Shown one piece after another: positions 39,415 through 52,999 of a stretch of 64,000 nt of DNA. The stretch's first letter is position 1. Each line of letters opens with the position of its first letter. Both the position numbers and the translations under genes were made by a program. A model generated the notes under the pieces. The model was not told where the DNA came from, did not search any database, and saw nothing but the letters and a program-made list of their open reading frames with translations. Where the stretch lies: NCBI GenBank assembly GCA_951406725.2, contig OX597825.1, positions 52,576,001 to 52,640,000 on the forward strand, written 5' to 3'. The stretch is from Octopus vulgaris. Taxonomy: Eukaryota.

Positions 39415-40960
39415 TAAAATCCAGGCTACATATGTTTCCTTGCTAGTAGAACCTAGGAAGCAATAATTACTCAATGAGAAATACTCCACTAGCTATTCAT
39501 TAGGTTGAAGATATCTTAATTAAATGAAGGTTACAATGTTGTCAAGGGATCCAAAGTTAACTCATTGGAGATTTAATTTAGAATGAGTAGTGAAGCCAGA
39601 GAACAGGTTAAAAGAATTAAAAAAAAAATATGTATAAAGAAATAAGATGGCTGTTAATAGAAAAGAAGGAGGAGATCAAAAATATGGAATGGGTGATTGT
39701 CTAAAGTTTTTAAGAATAAAGAAAGGGAGAGGAGGGAGTAGGGGAAGGTCAGTGTGTCATTTTACTATGTTAACAGTAAATAAATATATTGTTGTACATA
39801 AGTATATATATTTATATAGGATCAAAAGAAAATAGAATTTTTAGAAGTGAAATTGTCAAGGATGAGAAGCAAAGGAAGAGAAGTAAAATATTTAGGAGTA
39901 AGAGTAAGGTATAGAAGATGATAGGATGCCTCACAAAAAATATGGTGTATAAATGTGCAGTATTCATGGAAGATTCCAAGTATGTATATATTGGCTCATG
40001 CAGCGCCACCTTCAAGGTCACAGCTGGTAACCACTAATATAGCTTTAAATTTCAAGCAAGAACTAACAGCACATCTCTATCTTGGCTCATTTATAATTTA
40101 AAACAAAACTCAGTTCTATACATGTTAAAACGGTTCATTGTTACCCATGCCAAACCGTATAATGGTTATAACAACAAATGCAATCGCTGCATCACAGAAA
40201 TCTTGTCTATTATGTCATGCAGCAATTGCCTGAATGAACAGAATAACCTAATTCATAATTGTAAACACAAGTTATGTAACACACTTTTAAGGTACAAATA
40301 ATAGTGCCCTCCCCAATTATTCCCTAACTAATCCTCTTGCATTTCCACCCCCATAACATACAACTTTTTTTAGCTACCTTTACATTTTCTTAACCCTGTG
40401 ATCTCCCAATATCTTTCTCTCTCCACATGAGAATATGCATGCATATTTGCACACCTATAGGATACTATAGGAACACAGAGAACATACACATGTGCACACA
40501 GATATGCGAATATATAGTTTTACTGTTAAGTAGTAAGCTACCAATTTATCTTTGACTGCCATGTTCCCCTAATGACTTGCAACTTTATCGTCCATCTCCC
40601 TCTCTTTCTTCCCCCTCCACTCTTCTTCTCTCCAAGCAAATCCTCCTTACTCCAACTCCTTACTAAATATTTTACCTCTTCTCTTCCTTTTCTTCTCATT
40701 TCTGACAATTTCACATCTAAAAATACTTTTCTTTTCTTTTAATTCTGTATAAATATATATGCATGCTTGTAACAATATATTTATTTACTGCTGACATTGT
40801 AAAATGACTTCTGCTGAATATTCACAATGACCTTTATCTCAGTCAGCATCAATCTAATCTGAATTCCCTCTTCACCTCCCTCTCCTTTTCTTTATTCTTA
40901 ACAACTTTAGACACTCTCATATCTTTGACCTCCTTATATGCCCCATTATTAAACTATTTT
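39415..40960 (+). mobile_element. 5'-truncated Penelope-like element: inverted pseudo-LTR (39415-39915), GIY-YIG relic and 3' UTR
   Basis: 39650-39910 is the reverse complement of 40640-40935, and a GIY-YIG reading frame lies at 39924-40301. Confidence 0.85.
39924..40301 (+). pseudogene. GIY-YIG endonuclease domain of a PLE, one in-frame stop (absent from the ORF track)
   Basis: Manual translation: GCLTKNMVYKCAV...YVYIGSCSATFK...NH*YSF...TSLS...AKPY...KCNRCITE...CLNEQ...CKHK. Confidence 0.85.
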
Positions 40961-41189
40961 CATTAGTCATTGTGCAATGATCGCTATAAGCTTTAAGCTT
41001 ATAAAATATTATTATTATTATTTACAGAATTGTAATAGTTGGCACTGCTTAATAAAAACATTCACAGTAAGATATATATGTATATATGTATATATATATA
41101 TATATACATGTGTGTATGTATGTATATATGTATAAATATATATACATTTGTGTATGTATATATATATTAGGGAGAGAATTTGTGTAGAT

Positions 41190-41865
41190 GAGATGCAGTT
41201 CTGATTTGTGCCAAGCAGGAGCACGACTTCATCCCATGTCTTCCTGGGTCTCCCTCTTCCACAAGTATCATCTACTTTCAGTGACTGGCACTTCTTTACG
41301 CAGATGTCTTTATTCAGACACATCACATGTCCAAACCGACATAGTCTCCTTTCTTGCACAATGCATTTGATTCCTCTAACTTTTCTTTCAAAACATTTGC
41401 ACTTTGTCATTCATGCACACTGATGCTGCACATCAAGTGGAGCATATTGCCTTCATTCCTCTCTAGTCTATACATCTACTCTGCATTCAGATCCCACGAC
41501 TCACTACCATGGAGTATAGCTGTTCATACACAAGCATCATACAGTGTACCTTTCACCCTGAGTGAGAGTCCTTTTGTTGCCAACAGAGGATGTAACTTCT
41601 TCCTTCCTATTTATATTCTAAAAACATCATTTTCAGAGCATTCAACCCCCATTGCTAATTCGGTCACCTAGGTAACAGAAACTATCTACTACCTCAAGAG
41701 AGACTCATGGACATTTGAGAGAGTCTAAATCTTAAGTATTCTTATTGCTTATTGTTCCTGCACATCTGCCATGCACAAAGGTGACCTTATCTGTTAATGT
41801 ACCTATGATTCCACTGCACCTCTTATGTGTCTGTAGCTTACATTTGGTGCAGTGAATGGAATTAT
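41190..41865 (-). mobile_element. RTE LINE C-terminal relic
   Basis: The ORF track gives VQERRLCRFGHV...GRGRPRKTWDEV; an upstream EVVDSFCYLGD-like motif lies near 41665-41695. Confidence 0.8.
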
Positions 41866-42240
41866 CGGTGGGACAATAAAAATCAGCAAAAATTTCTTGA
41901 GATTTAAAGGATGATGATTAAAACAAAATATTTTCCTTTACAATCTTATTAATAAGCAGGTGGCTGGTCCAAATTGACTGTAAATTAGAAAAGGAAAAAT
42001 AAAGCTTACCTGTATACACATACATAGATATAGGTATCCATGTTTACATCTATTTTTCTATGGTAGCATTAAGGCATTCTGTTACATCCAGCTGCCCTAC
42101 CTGCTGCTAATGCTATCCTGCTTTTCAAAAAAGGGATCTTTATTCACCAAGTTTTCAAAGATATGAAGCAAGAAGATAATATGTTGACAGGATGATTGAC
42201 AATAAAAATACCTCTCAAAATAAATGGCTTTCATAGACCC

Positions 42241-42389
<149 letters not shown>

Positions 42390-42724
42390 CTGGCTACTGT
42401 GTTATTTTTTAAAATTTTCTATGTACCAAATCCACTCATAAGGCTCACAACACAGTTCTATAGTTAAAGCTTTGATAATTGAAGAATATAAAATGAAACT
42501 GAAGCATTGGTTAGGTCAAATAATTGGCATACCAACATATACAAATAAAAATGTTGCTTGAATTGGGTAGAACAGAAGTAAAGTATATGTACACAATACA
42601 TACTCTAAATAAATGATAAAGAAATGCTTTATTATTTTATGATGTAAGGATTATACCTTTGCATATGTAGATTAATCTCAATACCTTTGAACAGTATACA
42701 GAAATGTGATTTGTAGCTTACTAA

Positions 42725-43096
42725 AAGCACTAACATGGATGCATGGTCAAGAAGTTTGTTTCACAGCTACATGGTTTTTAGTTCAATTCCATTGCATAGC
42801 ACCTTATATAAGCATCTTTATAATCACACTAGACCATCAAATGCTTTATAAGTGAATTTGGTTGATGAAAATTTTGAGAATCCATTCATACGTGTGTGTG
42901 CATGTGTCTTTGTCTTCTTGCTGTTGGACAATTGGCATTAGTTTGTTTATATCCCCATTATTAGGCAGCTCAGCAAAAGTGACTTACTAAATAAGTACCA
43001 AATTTTAAATCTGTACTAACTCAATTAGTTTTGACTAACCCTGCAAGGTAGTGTTGCAGCATGGCCAAAGTCCAAAGACTGAAACAGGTGAAAGAA
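42725..43096 (+). mobile_element. CORE-like SINE S2, old copy
   Basis: B-box GTTCAATTCC, then GTGAATTTGGTTGATG, AATAAGTACC and the 3' end CAGCATGGCC...GACTGAAACAGGTGAAAG. Confidence 0.7.
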
Positions 43097-44114
43097 CATG
43101 TAAATTCAGTTAATTACATACTTCTATAAATTGCATGAGAATTTTAAATCCTCAGGTATGCAATTAAGTGGAACTTTCTACATAGGGAGAGTGGGGTATG
43201 TAGTGCAACTAGGGTTAGTTGGGGCAGACTAGCAACTGAGTGTAAATAATGTGTGTGTGTGTGTGTATGTGGCAGGGGTGTAGATTAGTAACTAAGGTAT
43301 ATGGTGGAGAGAGGTGAAGAGTGACAACAATGATAAAAGGTGTGATACGCTTAGATTCGTGTGATCATGTGTAGAGGGAGGGTAGAGTTCAATGTGTCTA
43401 TGACATCATCAATGGAATTATATAGTGAACAAAGAGAGAGACAGACAGACAGAAACAATATATAATCTGTCAGAGGTTTAATTCCCAAACCACTAACTAA
43501 GCAATCCTGAAATAGAACAACACAGATGATAGGTAAATATTATCATATGAACTCTTATAATATTAATAAGAGTTGTTAAGATTGCTCTACATTATAGTGC
43601 CAACACCAACATCCACACTACCATCAACACTCACACACTTCAGAGTATCAATATACCAAACCAATTCCTCTCACTCAGACTACTTAATAATTGATTGAAC
43701 AAATTTATTGATTTATTGAGTATATTAGTTACTCATTGCCTTATCATTATATAAACTCACCTCACATTTCAATCTAAACCATACATATGAATGTGTGTAT
43801 ACACTTATATATATGTATGCAAATGTAATTATATATATGAATGTACACTTATACATGTTTCTATAATTTTAAATGTGTGTGTGTGTCATTATAGATGTAT
43901 GCATAAGTGTGCATAATTATATATATGTGTGTGTTTGTTTAAATAATCATATATATTGTAAACATCATTTTACCATCTACTTTTCCCTGCTTGTATGAGT
44001 CAGACAGAATGCGTAATGTCAAAGATTTTAAGACCTTAAACTCTTCTAGTCATCAGCCCTCATCTGTTTTTAGGCAATTAAATAATTTCCCATGGCTGAA
44101 TATATTTTTACAGA

Positions 44115-44159
<45 letters not shown>

Positions 44160-44163
44160 TAAA

Positions 44164-44720
44164 ATGCCCTGATGCAGTACCAGGCAGTGGCTCTCATGGC
44201 TTCTGATCTTAACTGATTGGAAGTGTTATCATGTACATTGTTTTGTCTTGGTATAAAAGATGGGCTACAGCAAATATTCTGCTCAATACCACAGATTTGC
44301 TTGTCAGTTGTTTGACCTTAACCAGTTGAGCATGTCCCTTAGTGGCTGACGATATGTGCATCTCTGATCACGAGCAGAAGTAGTGGGGGAGCATCATAGC
44401 CATGTGTTGAGAGGGATTCTTTGGGGTTTGAATAATTCACCTCTGGAAACATGGGTGGTTCTTTCAACATCCTTAAACAACCCTTATTCAGAGACCTTTT
44501 GAGCGGGATGGGCTACTCAACCTGAAGAAAATTCTAACTGGGCCCCACCTGCAAGGTCATGTGCTGTTTATCTTGATATGAGATCACCATGTCGCGCACA
44601 TATGGTTGTGATGCATGTGCCTGGTGTACCTTTATCAGACGGGTAGTCATGATGGGTATATTGGGCTTCGTATATTTTACCCCAGTGTCACTTTGATGGC
44701 ATGCACTGCTGTCTCACTCA
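44164..44720. mobile_element. Family X element, full-length young copy between (AAT)n tracts
   Basis: It is the best-preserved copy (CpGs retained) and has five other homologues in the window. Confidence 0.9.
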
Positions 44721-44857
44721 ATAATAATAATAATAATAATAATTTTCAACTAGCAATAACCACGCCTCGGATAACCCTCGTTGGCTATGGTACCGCCTAA
44801 TAAATAATTATGATGATGTTGATGATTAATAATAATGATGATAATGATCATCATCAT

Positions 44858-45276
44858 GATCTTCATTTTCAGACAGATTGTGTAATGGAACACTGTCAGC
44901 CAGATATTGTCATGTTGAATAAGAGAGACAAATACTGTCATATCCTTGATGCAGCCATACCAAATGACATGAACGTTGTGGGTAAAGAGGTTGAAAAAGT
45001 TGCCAAGTACTCTGAATTGAAAGTGGAAATGACAAGATTGTATGGAATGTGAGAGGGTAATGCAAAAGTAATACCAGTGGGGCTCAATCCCATTGAAACT
45101 TTAAGACTTCTTAAGGCAACTGGAAATCCCATGCAAGATTGATGTATTGCAAAACGCAGCCTTATTGGGCATAGCACACATTTAAGGAAAGTATTATCTG
45201 TTTAAGGTTCTTGTTGTGACTTGTCAGATGACTACTGACTCCGGTGCATTTTTACCTTCACTGTGTTACGAAGGAA
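44858..45276 (+). mobile_element. R4/Dong RLE-domain 3' fragment
   Basis: DLHFQTDCVMEHCQPDIV...ILDAAIP...KVAKY, ending in (AAT)n. Confidence 0.85.
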
Positions 45277-45281
45277 TAATG

Positions 45282-45336
<55 letters not shown>

Positions 45337-45342
45337 TAATAA

Positions 45343-45776
45343 ATACCCTGATGCAGTACCAGGTAGTGGCTTTCATGCTTCTCATCTTAACTGATTAGAA
45401 GTGTTATCATGTACATTGCTTTGTCTTGGCATAAAAGATGGGCTATATTCTGCTCAATACCACAGATTTGCTTGTCAGTTGTTTGACCTAAACCATTTGA
45501 GCATGTCCCTCAGTTGCTGACGATATGTGCATCTCTGAGCAAAAGTAGTGGTGGGCATCATAGCCATGTGTTGAGAGGAATTTTTTTGGGTTTGAATTAT
45601 TCACCTCTGGAAACATGGGTGTTTCATTCAAGCAAGGATTTTGAGATTGGTACTTGGCTGTTAAGTGTCATGGACAAAGACCTTGTGAGACCCTTGACAA
45701 CAGGTTGTTGTTTGCTCTTACAAAATTAACCGGAGCAAGTGAAATCAAGAGCTCTAAGAAGTGAAATGGAAATACT
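45343..45776 (+). mobile_element. Chimera: left half of family X (45343-45631) fused directly to a Dong 3' end (45632-45776)
   Basis: X sequence stops at GTTTCATTCAA and is followed by GCAAGGATTTTGAGATTGGTACTTGGCTGTTAA (ARILRLVLGC*), a 3' UTR and (AAT)n. Confidence 0.7.
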
Positions 45777-46024
45777 AATAATAATAATGATGATGATGAT
45801 GGATTCTCCCATTGGAAATGACATGTGAGTGTTCAGCGTTTTTTGCAGAACAACCTTCGCAAATGATTTGTTTATAGTGATCAACTGTATGTGCTATACA
45901 TTAGCCCACTCTCTCCTCCAAATCAACATTGCCAGAACAGGTGCATGGTGTGCCATATGTCAAGTGTCATGATTGAAGAGCAACATGAGATGAAATGTTA
46001 ATAATAATAATAATAATAATAATA

Positions 46025-48610
46025 ATCTTTTGGAACATGGTCCAAGGTGCATTGAAAACATACAAAAGGTGTGAAGATATATCTTGAAGCAAAAAATGCC
46101 ATAGAGAAAAGAAAGTGTTGAAAACTGTTATTGAAATGCAAAAACAATACATTTGGGCAAAAACATTGAAGGTGCAATGATTATTCACAAATGACTAGAG
46201 GCATTTTTAAGAGCTTGGGTGGAGACAAGGAAGACTATATATGTCTTGAAGCCGTGGAAACCTGCTAGTCATAGAATAACATTTGGGAGCAACATGTTTC
46301 CCACAACCACAGTGCTGAGTGGATTCATTCTGTGAGATTCAAACTCAGGCACCTTGAGGTTCCAAGCAGGATCATTTATACATAACAATGGAAGATGTAA
46401 TTACACAGGTATCAAAGCTGCTAAACAGGAGAGTAGTGGGGCTAGATGGAATCCAAGGCCTTTGGCTCAAGTGGTTGAGGCAAAAACAAAAAGGAACTCG
46501 TTTGCAATTAGACAATTGCCTATAGAGTAGCATAGTTCTAGAATGTATGGTATAGGGGAAGACAAAATTGTTGATAAAAAGATCAGTCAAAGGGCAAAAT
46601 GAGGTTGGCAATTACTGACCCATCGTTTGTTTTAACCTCATATGGTAGGTGTTAACAGGTATCCTTGCAAGGAAAATATATATACTCCTTGTGGAAAACA
46701 ATCTACTTCTAGTAGAACAAAAGGTATGTTGGAAATGATCCAAGGGCACTAAACACCACCTTGTTATAGACAAGGTCATAATCAAGAATTGTAAACAGTA
46801 CCAAACAGAAACTGTTGCATGGCAATCATCGACTTTAAAAGGCTTATGACATGTTGTTGTATTCGAGGATTCTGGAAACAGTCCACATGTGTAGAGCAGC
46901 TGAGAATGTCCATGCACTAATCAAGAATAGCATTTCTAGCTGGAAAATATATAATTTCGATAATAACCAGCACTTAGCCAAGGCAACAATCAAAAGAGGT
47001 ATCTTTCAGGGAGATTGTTGTTTACCTTTGCTATATGTTATAGCCCTGATCTCATTTTCTGTAATTCTACATAAAGTCAATTTACACAACAAACTGAGAA
47101 TGACCTCCTCTCAACCACTTTTACTTCACAAAAAAAAAACAGAGCCTGAAAGGAAGAGGATTGTTGAGACTGTACAGATGTGCAGTAAGTATATAGGAAT
47201 GGAATACGGGATCCCAAAGTGTGGGTGCTCTCTTTGAAAGAGGGAAAAAGAGCAGATTGTAGGAGCATAGGACTGCCAAAAAGAGAGTGAATAGGAGACC
47301 CTGATAATGGTGGGTACAAGTACCTTAGGATCCTGAAGCTGGACAATATCTTGCACTGAGAAAAATAATGACAAGGTTACCTCTGGATATTTGAAACACC
47401 TCAAACTTGTGGGAACCTTGTGACTGCCATCAACATATGGGCTGTTGCTGTACTCTGCTATAGTACTTTCTGAAATGCACATGATTGGATTATTGACCAA
47501 CTCAACTTCACTACCTGAAAGACGATGACAATGCATGGTACCCTCTTCCCTAAGCTGAATGTGCACAGGTTGTACATGAAGGATGGTAAAGATGAATGAG
47601 GCCTGACTAGAGTACAGGAGTACATCGACAGTGGAAGAAGAAACATGACAGAGTATTTTGTAAGCTGCACGTAAGACCTACTACAGTATGCAGCTTATAC
47701 AGAAGGATTTACCAACAATGGAGTTGGGAGGGTTAATTAATTCCAGTCCTGAATAGTCAATAATTGAAAATAAACACTAATCTGCATAGTCAGTTCTACT
47801 GTGAAGCTAACAACTTAAAAAACTAGAGAGTATCAGAGATGTAGCCCAGCAAAAGTGGTTTTGAAAAGAAGACTGAAAGCTTAATCATCGCTGTCCAGGA
47901 CCAGGCATTGAATACCAACTCAGGGAAAAGGGATACCACACAAGTGCCATGAAGCTCTACAGAATGTGTGGGAAGAGGATCGAAAATGTAACTCACATTG
48001 TTAATGCTTGTGAAAGTCTTGCACAGAAAGAGTACAAGTGCAGACATGACAAGGTAGCCCAAACCCTTTACTAGCTACTGAGTCAGAAGTATGGATATGA
48101 GATAATGGGTGCTTGATAATAAGACACACTGGAAAATGTAATGGATGAAAACAGGAAGGTAAAGATCCTCTGGGACTTCGACATCCAGACAGACAAGGTA
48201 TTAGAGCACTGAAGGCTGGATATAGTAGCCTTTAGGAGGGATAAGCAAGGGTTAATAAATAATAGATGTAGCAGTGCCAGAAAATAAAGATATTGTCATG
48301 AAAGAAAGAGAAAAGGTGGACAGATATGGAGACCTGAAAACTGAGATTTGCCAGGTTTCGGCTGTTGTAAAAGCCAAACATGAAGTTTGCTCCTGTTGTT
48401 CATCAAAGTATTGGATTCTATACCATCCAGCCTGAAGAAACATCTGGACACTTGAGGAATACCCTACAATCATGGTGGGTTGCAAAAATTGGATATACTG
48501 CATAAAGTACTGTGTGTTAGGTCCTTGTTGTTACTTGAAAGACAGCACAAATCCCCTGTACACAGAATATCTTCAATCTACATCACAATATTGGATACTG
48601 TGTGACGTCT
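46025..48610 (+). mobile_element. Highly degenerate R4/Dong LINE
   Basis: Motifs: GLDGIQGLWLK, DFKRLM (DY.KA.D-like), RGIFQGD, GMEYGIPKC, YKYLRI, AVQDQALNT, EYKCRHD and LWDFDIQTDK. It follows (AAT)n. Confidence 0.85.
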
Positions 48611-48639
48611 TCAACCTATCATGCCCATTTGATTCTAGG

Positions 48640-48970
48640 ATTGTTAGGGAAGAGGAAGAAAAAAATACAATCTCTTAATATTTGAAACAGGAAGAATTTG
48701 AAGCTTGAGAATAGTACATGTCATGACTATAATAATTGGTGTGTTGGAAACAGTAAGCAAAGATATAGGCAAATGGTTAAGGGAGATTGGAATAGAATGC
48801 CTGGTAGAGCTCCAACAGAAAGTTTGTCTCTTAGGGACAGCAAGGATTATCAAGAGGGTTTTAAGCACTTGAAAGACCGCTGAAAACTTGTGGAATCCAA
48901 ATTTTATAGATAATAACCCACAACCCACATAAATCCTATCAGGAATAAACTGAACCTGAGCCAAACTAAA
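48640..48970 (+). mobile_element. Dong 3' fragment
   Basis: IIIGVLETVSK...LREIGIE...QKVCLLGTARIIKRVL. Confidence 0.75.
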
Positions 48971-48994
48971 ATGATGATGATGATGATGATGATG

Positions 48995-49780
48995 GTTTCA
49001 AATTTTGGCTGAAGGCCTGCAATTTTGGGGGAAGGATGAGTTGATTACATTGACCCCAGTGCTCAAATGGTACTTACTTTATTGATCCCTGAAAGGATGA
49101 AAGGCAAAGTTGATCTTGGTGGAATTTGAACTCAGAATATAAAGATGGATAAAATGCCACTGAGAATTTTGCCTGGCTTGCTAATGAATCTGCCAGCTAT
49201 GCCCTGATGCAATACAAAGCAGTGGTTCTCATGGCTTCTGGTCTTAACTGATTGGAAGTGTTATCATGTACATGTTTTGTTTTGGAATAAAAGATAGGCT
49301 GCAGCAAATGTTCTGCTCAGTTGTGCAAATTTTCTTGTCAGTTGTTTGATCTCATCTGGTTGAGCATGTCCCTTAGTGCCTGACGATATATGCATGTCTG
49401 ATCATGAGCAGGAGTGGTAAGTAAGCATCATAGCCCTGTTTTGAGAGGAATTCTTTAGGGTTTGAAATGATTCACTTCATATGATGAGTATATTGGCCTT
49501 CATACATTTATACCCCAACATTACTTAGAGGGCATGCATTGCTTTTTCACTCAATAATAATAATAATGATTTCAAATATCGACACAAGGCCAGCACTTTC
49601 AGTGAAGAGGTTAAGCTGATTGCATCGACCCCAGTCTTCAACTGGTACTTATTTCATTGATCCTGAAAGGGATGAAAGGCAAACTCAACCTCAACAGTGT
49701 TTAGACTCGGAAGACAAAGACAGACAAAATGCTGCTAAACATTTTGCCTGGCATACTAACAATTCTGTCAGCTTGCCACC

Positions 49781-49852
<72 letters not shown>

Positions 49853-49935
49853 GTATAGGTGTATGGCTTCAAACTTTTAGTGTTAGTGTGGCAGATTAAA
49901 GCAACTCCAGCATAACACTGGTACTTATTGACACC
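48995..49935 (-). mobile_element. Cluster of SINE S1 copies (48995-49198, 49570-49782, 49860-49935) around an internally deleted family X copy (49199-49553)
   Basis: S1 signature GAAAGGATGAAAGGCAAAGTTGA; X start GCCCTGATGCA and end TCACTCAATAAT. Confidence 0.8.
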
Positions 49936-50514
49936 AGAAAACCAAATAATAAAATTCTTTAATGCTATCGAATAACCCATTAAGTTTTATCTGAAGATTA
50001 AGCATTACACTTTCTGTTGCAAAGCCACCCTATTACCAATATCAATTTGATGTTTAGCTAATTAATATTCAGCACTAATGTCAAATTATTTGTCATGATG
50101 TAATAGCAGCTAATTGATGCTAAATTAATCCTCTTGGTGGTAAACTGAGATTATGTTTGTGATATTAATATTAATCTGATAGATTGTATCTGGTAATTTC
50201 CATCATTCCGAAGGACAACTGGTAATAAGGGAACATTTCAAGGCATTTAAATATTGTTCTAGTATCTATTTAGAGATATGAATGGCTAGTTAAGTTATCA
50301 GTCAACTGTCTGTATTGAGATATGGCTTAATAAGATGTAGCTAACCTTGATATATCACTGGTACTAACTACTGAAACGATATAGCTAACCCCATCTTACA
50401 ACAGACATGAGCAACTAAAGGAGGTAGTTTACACCAGTACACCAAATACTAACTAGTAAAGAGATAGTATGTAGTTAATTTCAGTATAACACTTTAAAAG
50501 AAAAATATTTCATC

Positions 50515-51636
50515 TGCAATGGTCGGCTGAAAAGTTCATAGATTGACCAAGATACTCCCATGGAATGTGACCGAATTAGGTTTTTTTTCTCAATAGAGTC
50601 CCATTTACAATCTACACACTTGTTCCATTCATGTTGCAGAGCTTGGATCCTGTTGTTCAAAACAATTATCAACAGCAGATATGGCATGAACATACTGGTT
50701 CCCAGCTAAGTTTTTTCCATTGTATAACAGATAGTATTAAGATGGGGCCAAATCATAAGAAAAGGGAGAGTGATCAACCAGTTCAAAAGCACAGTCATGC
50801 AGCAGAGCAATCATTAAAACTGGGGACTTGCGCTGGAGCATTGTTCTGATGAGACAAAACCCCTTTTCTGTTTCCTGAGCAACTGGTCTTGATAGTCTTT
50901 TGTAATTGCCTTTGCAAGTTGGCATAGTACTCTCCATTGAAGATAATCAACAAGCACAATGCCTTTTACATCGTTGCAGATGAAGCGACCTTGGCCTTTT
51001 TTGGAGAAGGTAAAGAGGGATGTTTCCACTGTATGGATTATCACTTTGTCTCTGGCTCAAAATGATGAATCCAACACTCATCCTTGGTTAGGAAACATTC
51101 AAAGAAACCAGCTGGCTCTGTCTCAAACAATGCCAGATTTTTCCATGATGTGAAAAACCTGGTGCACTTTTGATCAGGTGTCAGATGTGACAGCCACCAG
51201 GTACAAACTTTCATCATGCCAAGTTCATTGCACAGATTATTCTCAACTCTCATTGGCTATTTGATTTATAATGAATCGCCTTGTCATCTATTACCATGTA
51301 GTGGTTTTGATCAATGTTTTTCATGGTAGTGGCAGTTGCAGGATGTCAGGATTTTGGGTCATCTTCAACACTCACCCTTCCCCTCCTAAATTCAGCTGCC
51401 CACTTTTGCACTGTTGATAAAGCTAAGCATCATTCCCTAATGTAGCAACCATGTGAGCATGAATGTCCATGGAGGCTAACCCCTTTTTCTGTAGGTACTT
51501 GTCAATTTTTACGAGAAGTCACTATGAGTTACATTTGAAGTCTTCTTTGGACAGTCAGATGTCAGTTTACCTGAAAAGAAACAATGCAAGCATCACTCCT
51601 CCATAGCCAGCGTATGAATTTTTCAGCCCACCCTTA
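50515..51636 (-). mobile_element. Degenerate mariner transposon with both TIRs
   Basis: The TIRs are GGTCGGCTGAAAAGTTCATAG (left) and GTATGAATTTTTCAGCCCACCC (right). Minus-strand pieces: KVCTWWLSHLTPDQK (WVP-like), FLTKDECWIHHFEPETK (TGDE.W) and KGIVLVDYLQ. Confidence 0.85.
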
Positions 51637-51789
51637 TAATTCTATTGATGTATATAGTGATGACTAAAATACCACTTACATGAATCAACCCTCTTTATCT
51701 GACTAAGCACATCCTACATCTTAAAGCACTATACCTGGCATATTAAAAATAAGGCTAGTACAAGTGCTCATTTGGCCAATAGGCATTTA

Positions 51790-52170
51790 TGCTTGCAAAG
51801 CATAGACTCTGAACAGATTTGAAGAGAACATAAAGCATTTGAAATGTGGTTGTATTGGAGAATGTTACAAGTCTCTTACAAGGATAATGGACAAATGAAA
51901 GTAGGTGAAAGACAGCAATGCTCAACATTGGGAAAAAACAAAAGTCTCTCTATTATGGTCACATTCTAAGAAGCAGACGTTTGGAAAATATTAACCTGAA
52001 AGGTGGAGTAGAGGGCAGTAGAACAAGAGGCAGGCAAAGAAAGCAATGGATGGAGAATATCAAGAGCTGATTGGATAAGCATGGCAAGGCAGCTGGAGAA
52101 CTCATGTTTATTCAGGAAGATTTGCATTGCATTGTCATCAATGCTCTGCATGCATATGATGCATAATGAC
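51790..52170 (+). mobile_element. RTE LINE C-terminal relic
   Basis: IKAFEMWLYWRML...YYGHILR...VEGSRTRGRQRKQWMENIK. Confidence 0.75.
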
Positions 52171-52950
52171 AATGAAGAACTGGCATGTGTATCACATTTT
52201 GCACATTAACTTGTCATAAAACATCATGGGGTATTGAGTACTTTTTTCTTTTGTGTAGCACAAGACGAACAGAAAATCCACCATCATAGCTTTTATGTTT
52301 GCTTTGCAATGGTGGTATGGGTTGGATGGGACTTTTTGAGATAGCTTTACAGCCAAATGCCTTTTCTCACCCACAATACACGAATAATCATTCTAAAAGA
52401 CATAATACACAGTAAACGTGTGCATGTAAGTATAAATATGAGAGTACTAGTGTCACATTGTCTTGACACTACATAATTGTAAATAAGTGTTACTGTTATA
52501 CAAGCAGTGTCTTTCATTTCCAATCATCCACAAAAACATCTCTGGCCATAGGGAATTATTATGTTACTTGGAAATAGGTGAGATTTGGGGATCTAGAATG
52601 ATCTACCTTAAATTCCATCTGGCCTAAGCAAACATGCTCTATACCACCCACACACATACATGCATACATATACATTGCGCTCAGTGACACGTCAAAAACC
52701 AAAAACCAAAATCTGCGCTTGCTCCAACTACATATACTTTTCTAGGTTTCCTATTTACAGATAGATAGACTGAACTTACCACTGACACAGCACTGAGCCA
52801 ACAATCTGACAACCATATCATTAAGCTAAACTGCAACCTTTCACATAGAGGTCATTAAACAAACACAGTGAACACATGCCAGAAGAACTTGGCTCCTTCA
52901 TCAACAGGTAGATATGATTTAACTTCCTACTGCTATTATGGAGGTAGTCT

Positions 52951-52999
<49 letters not shown>

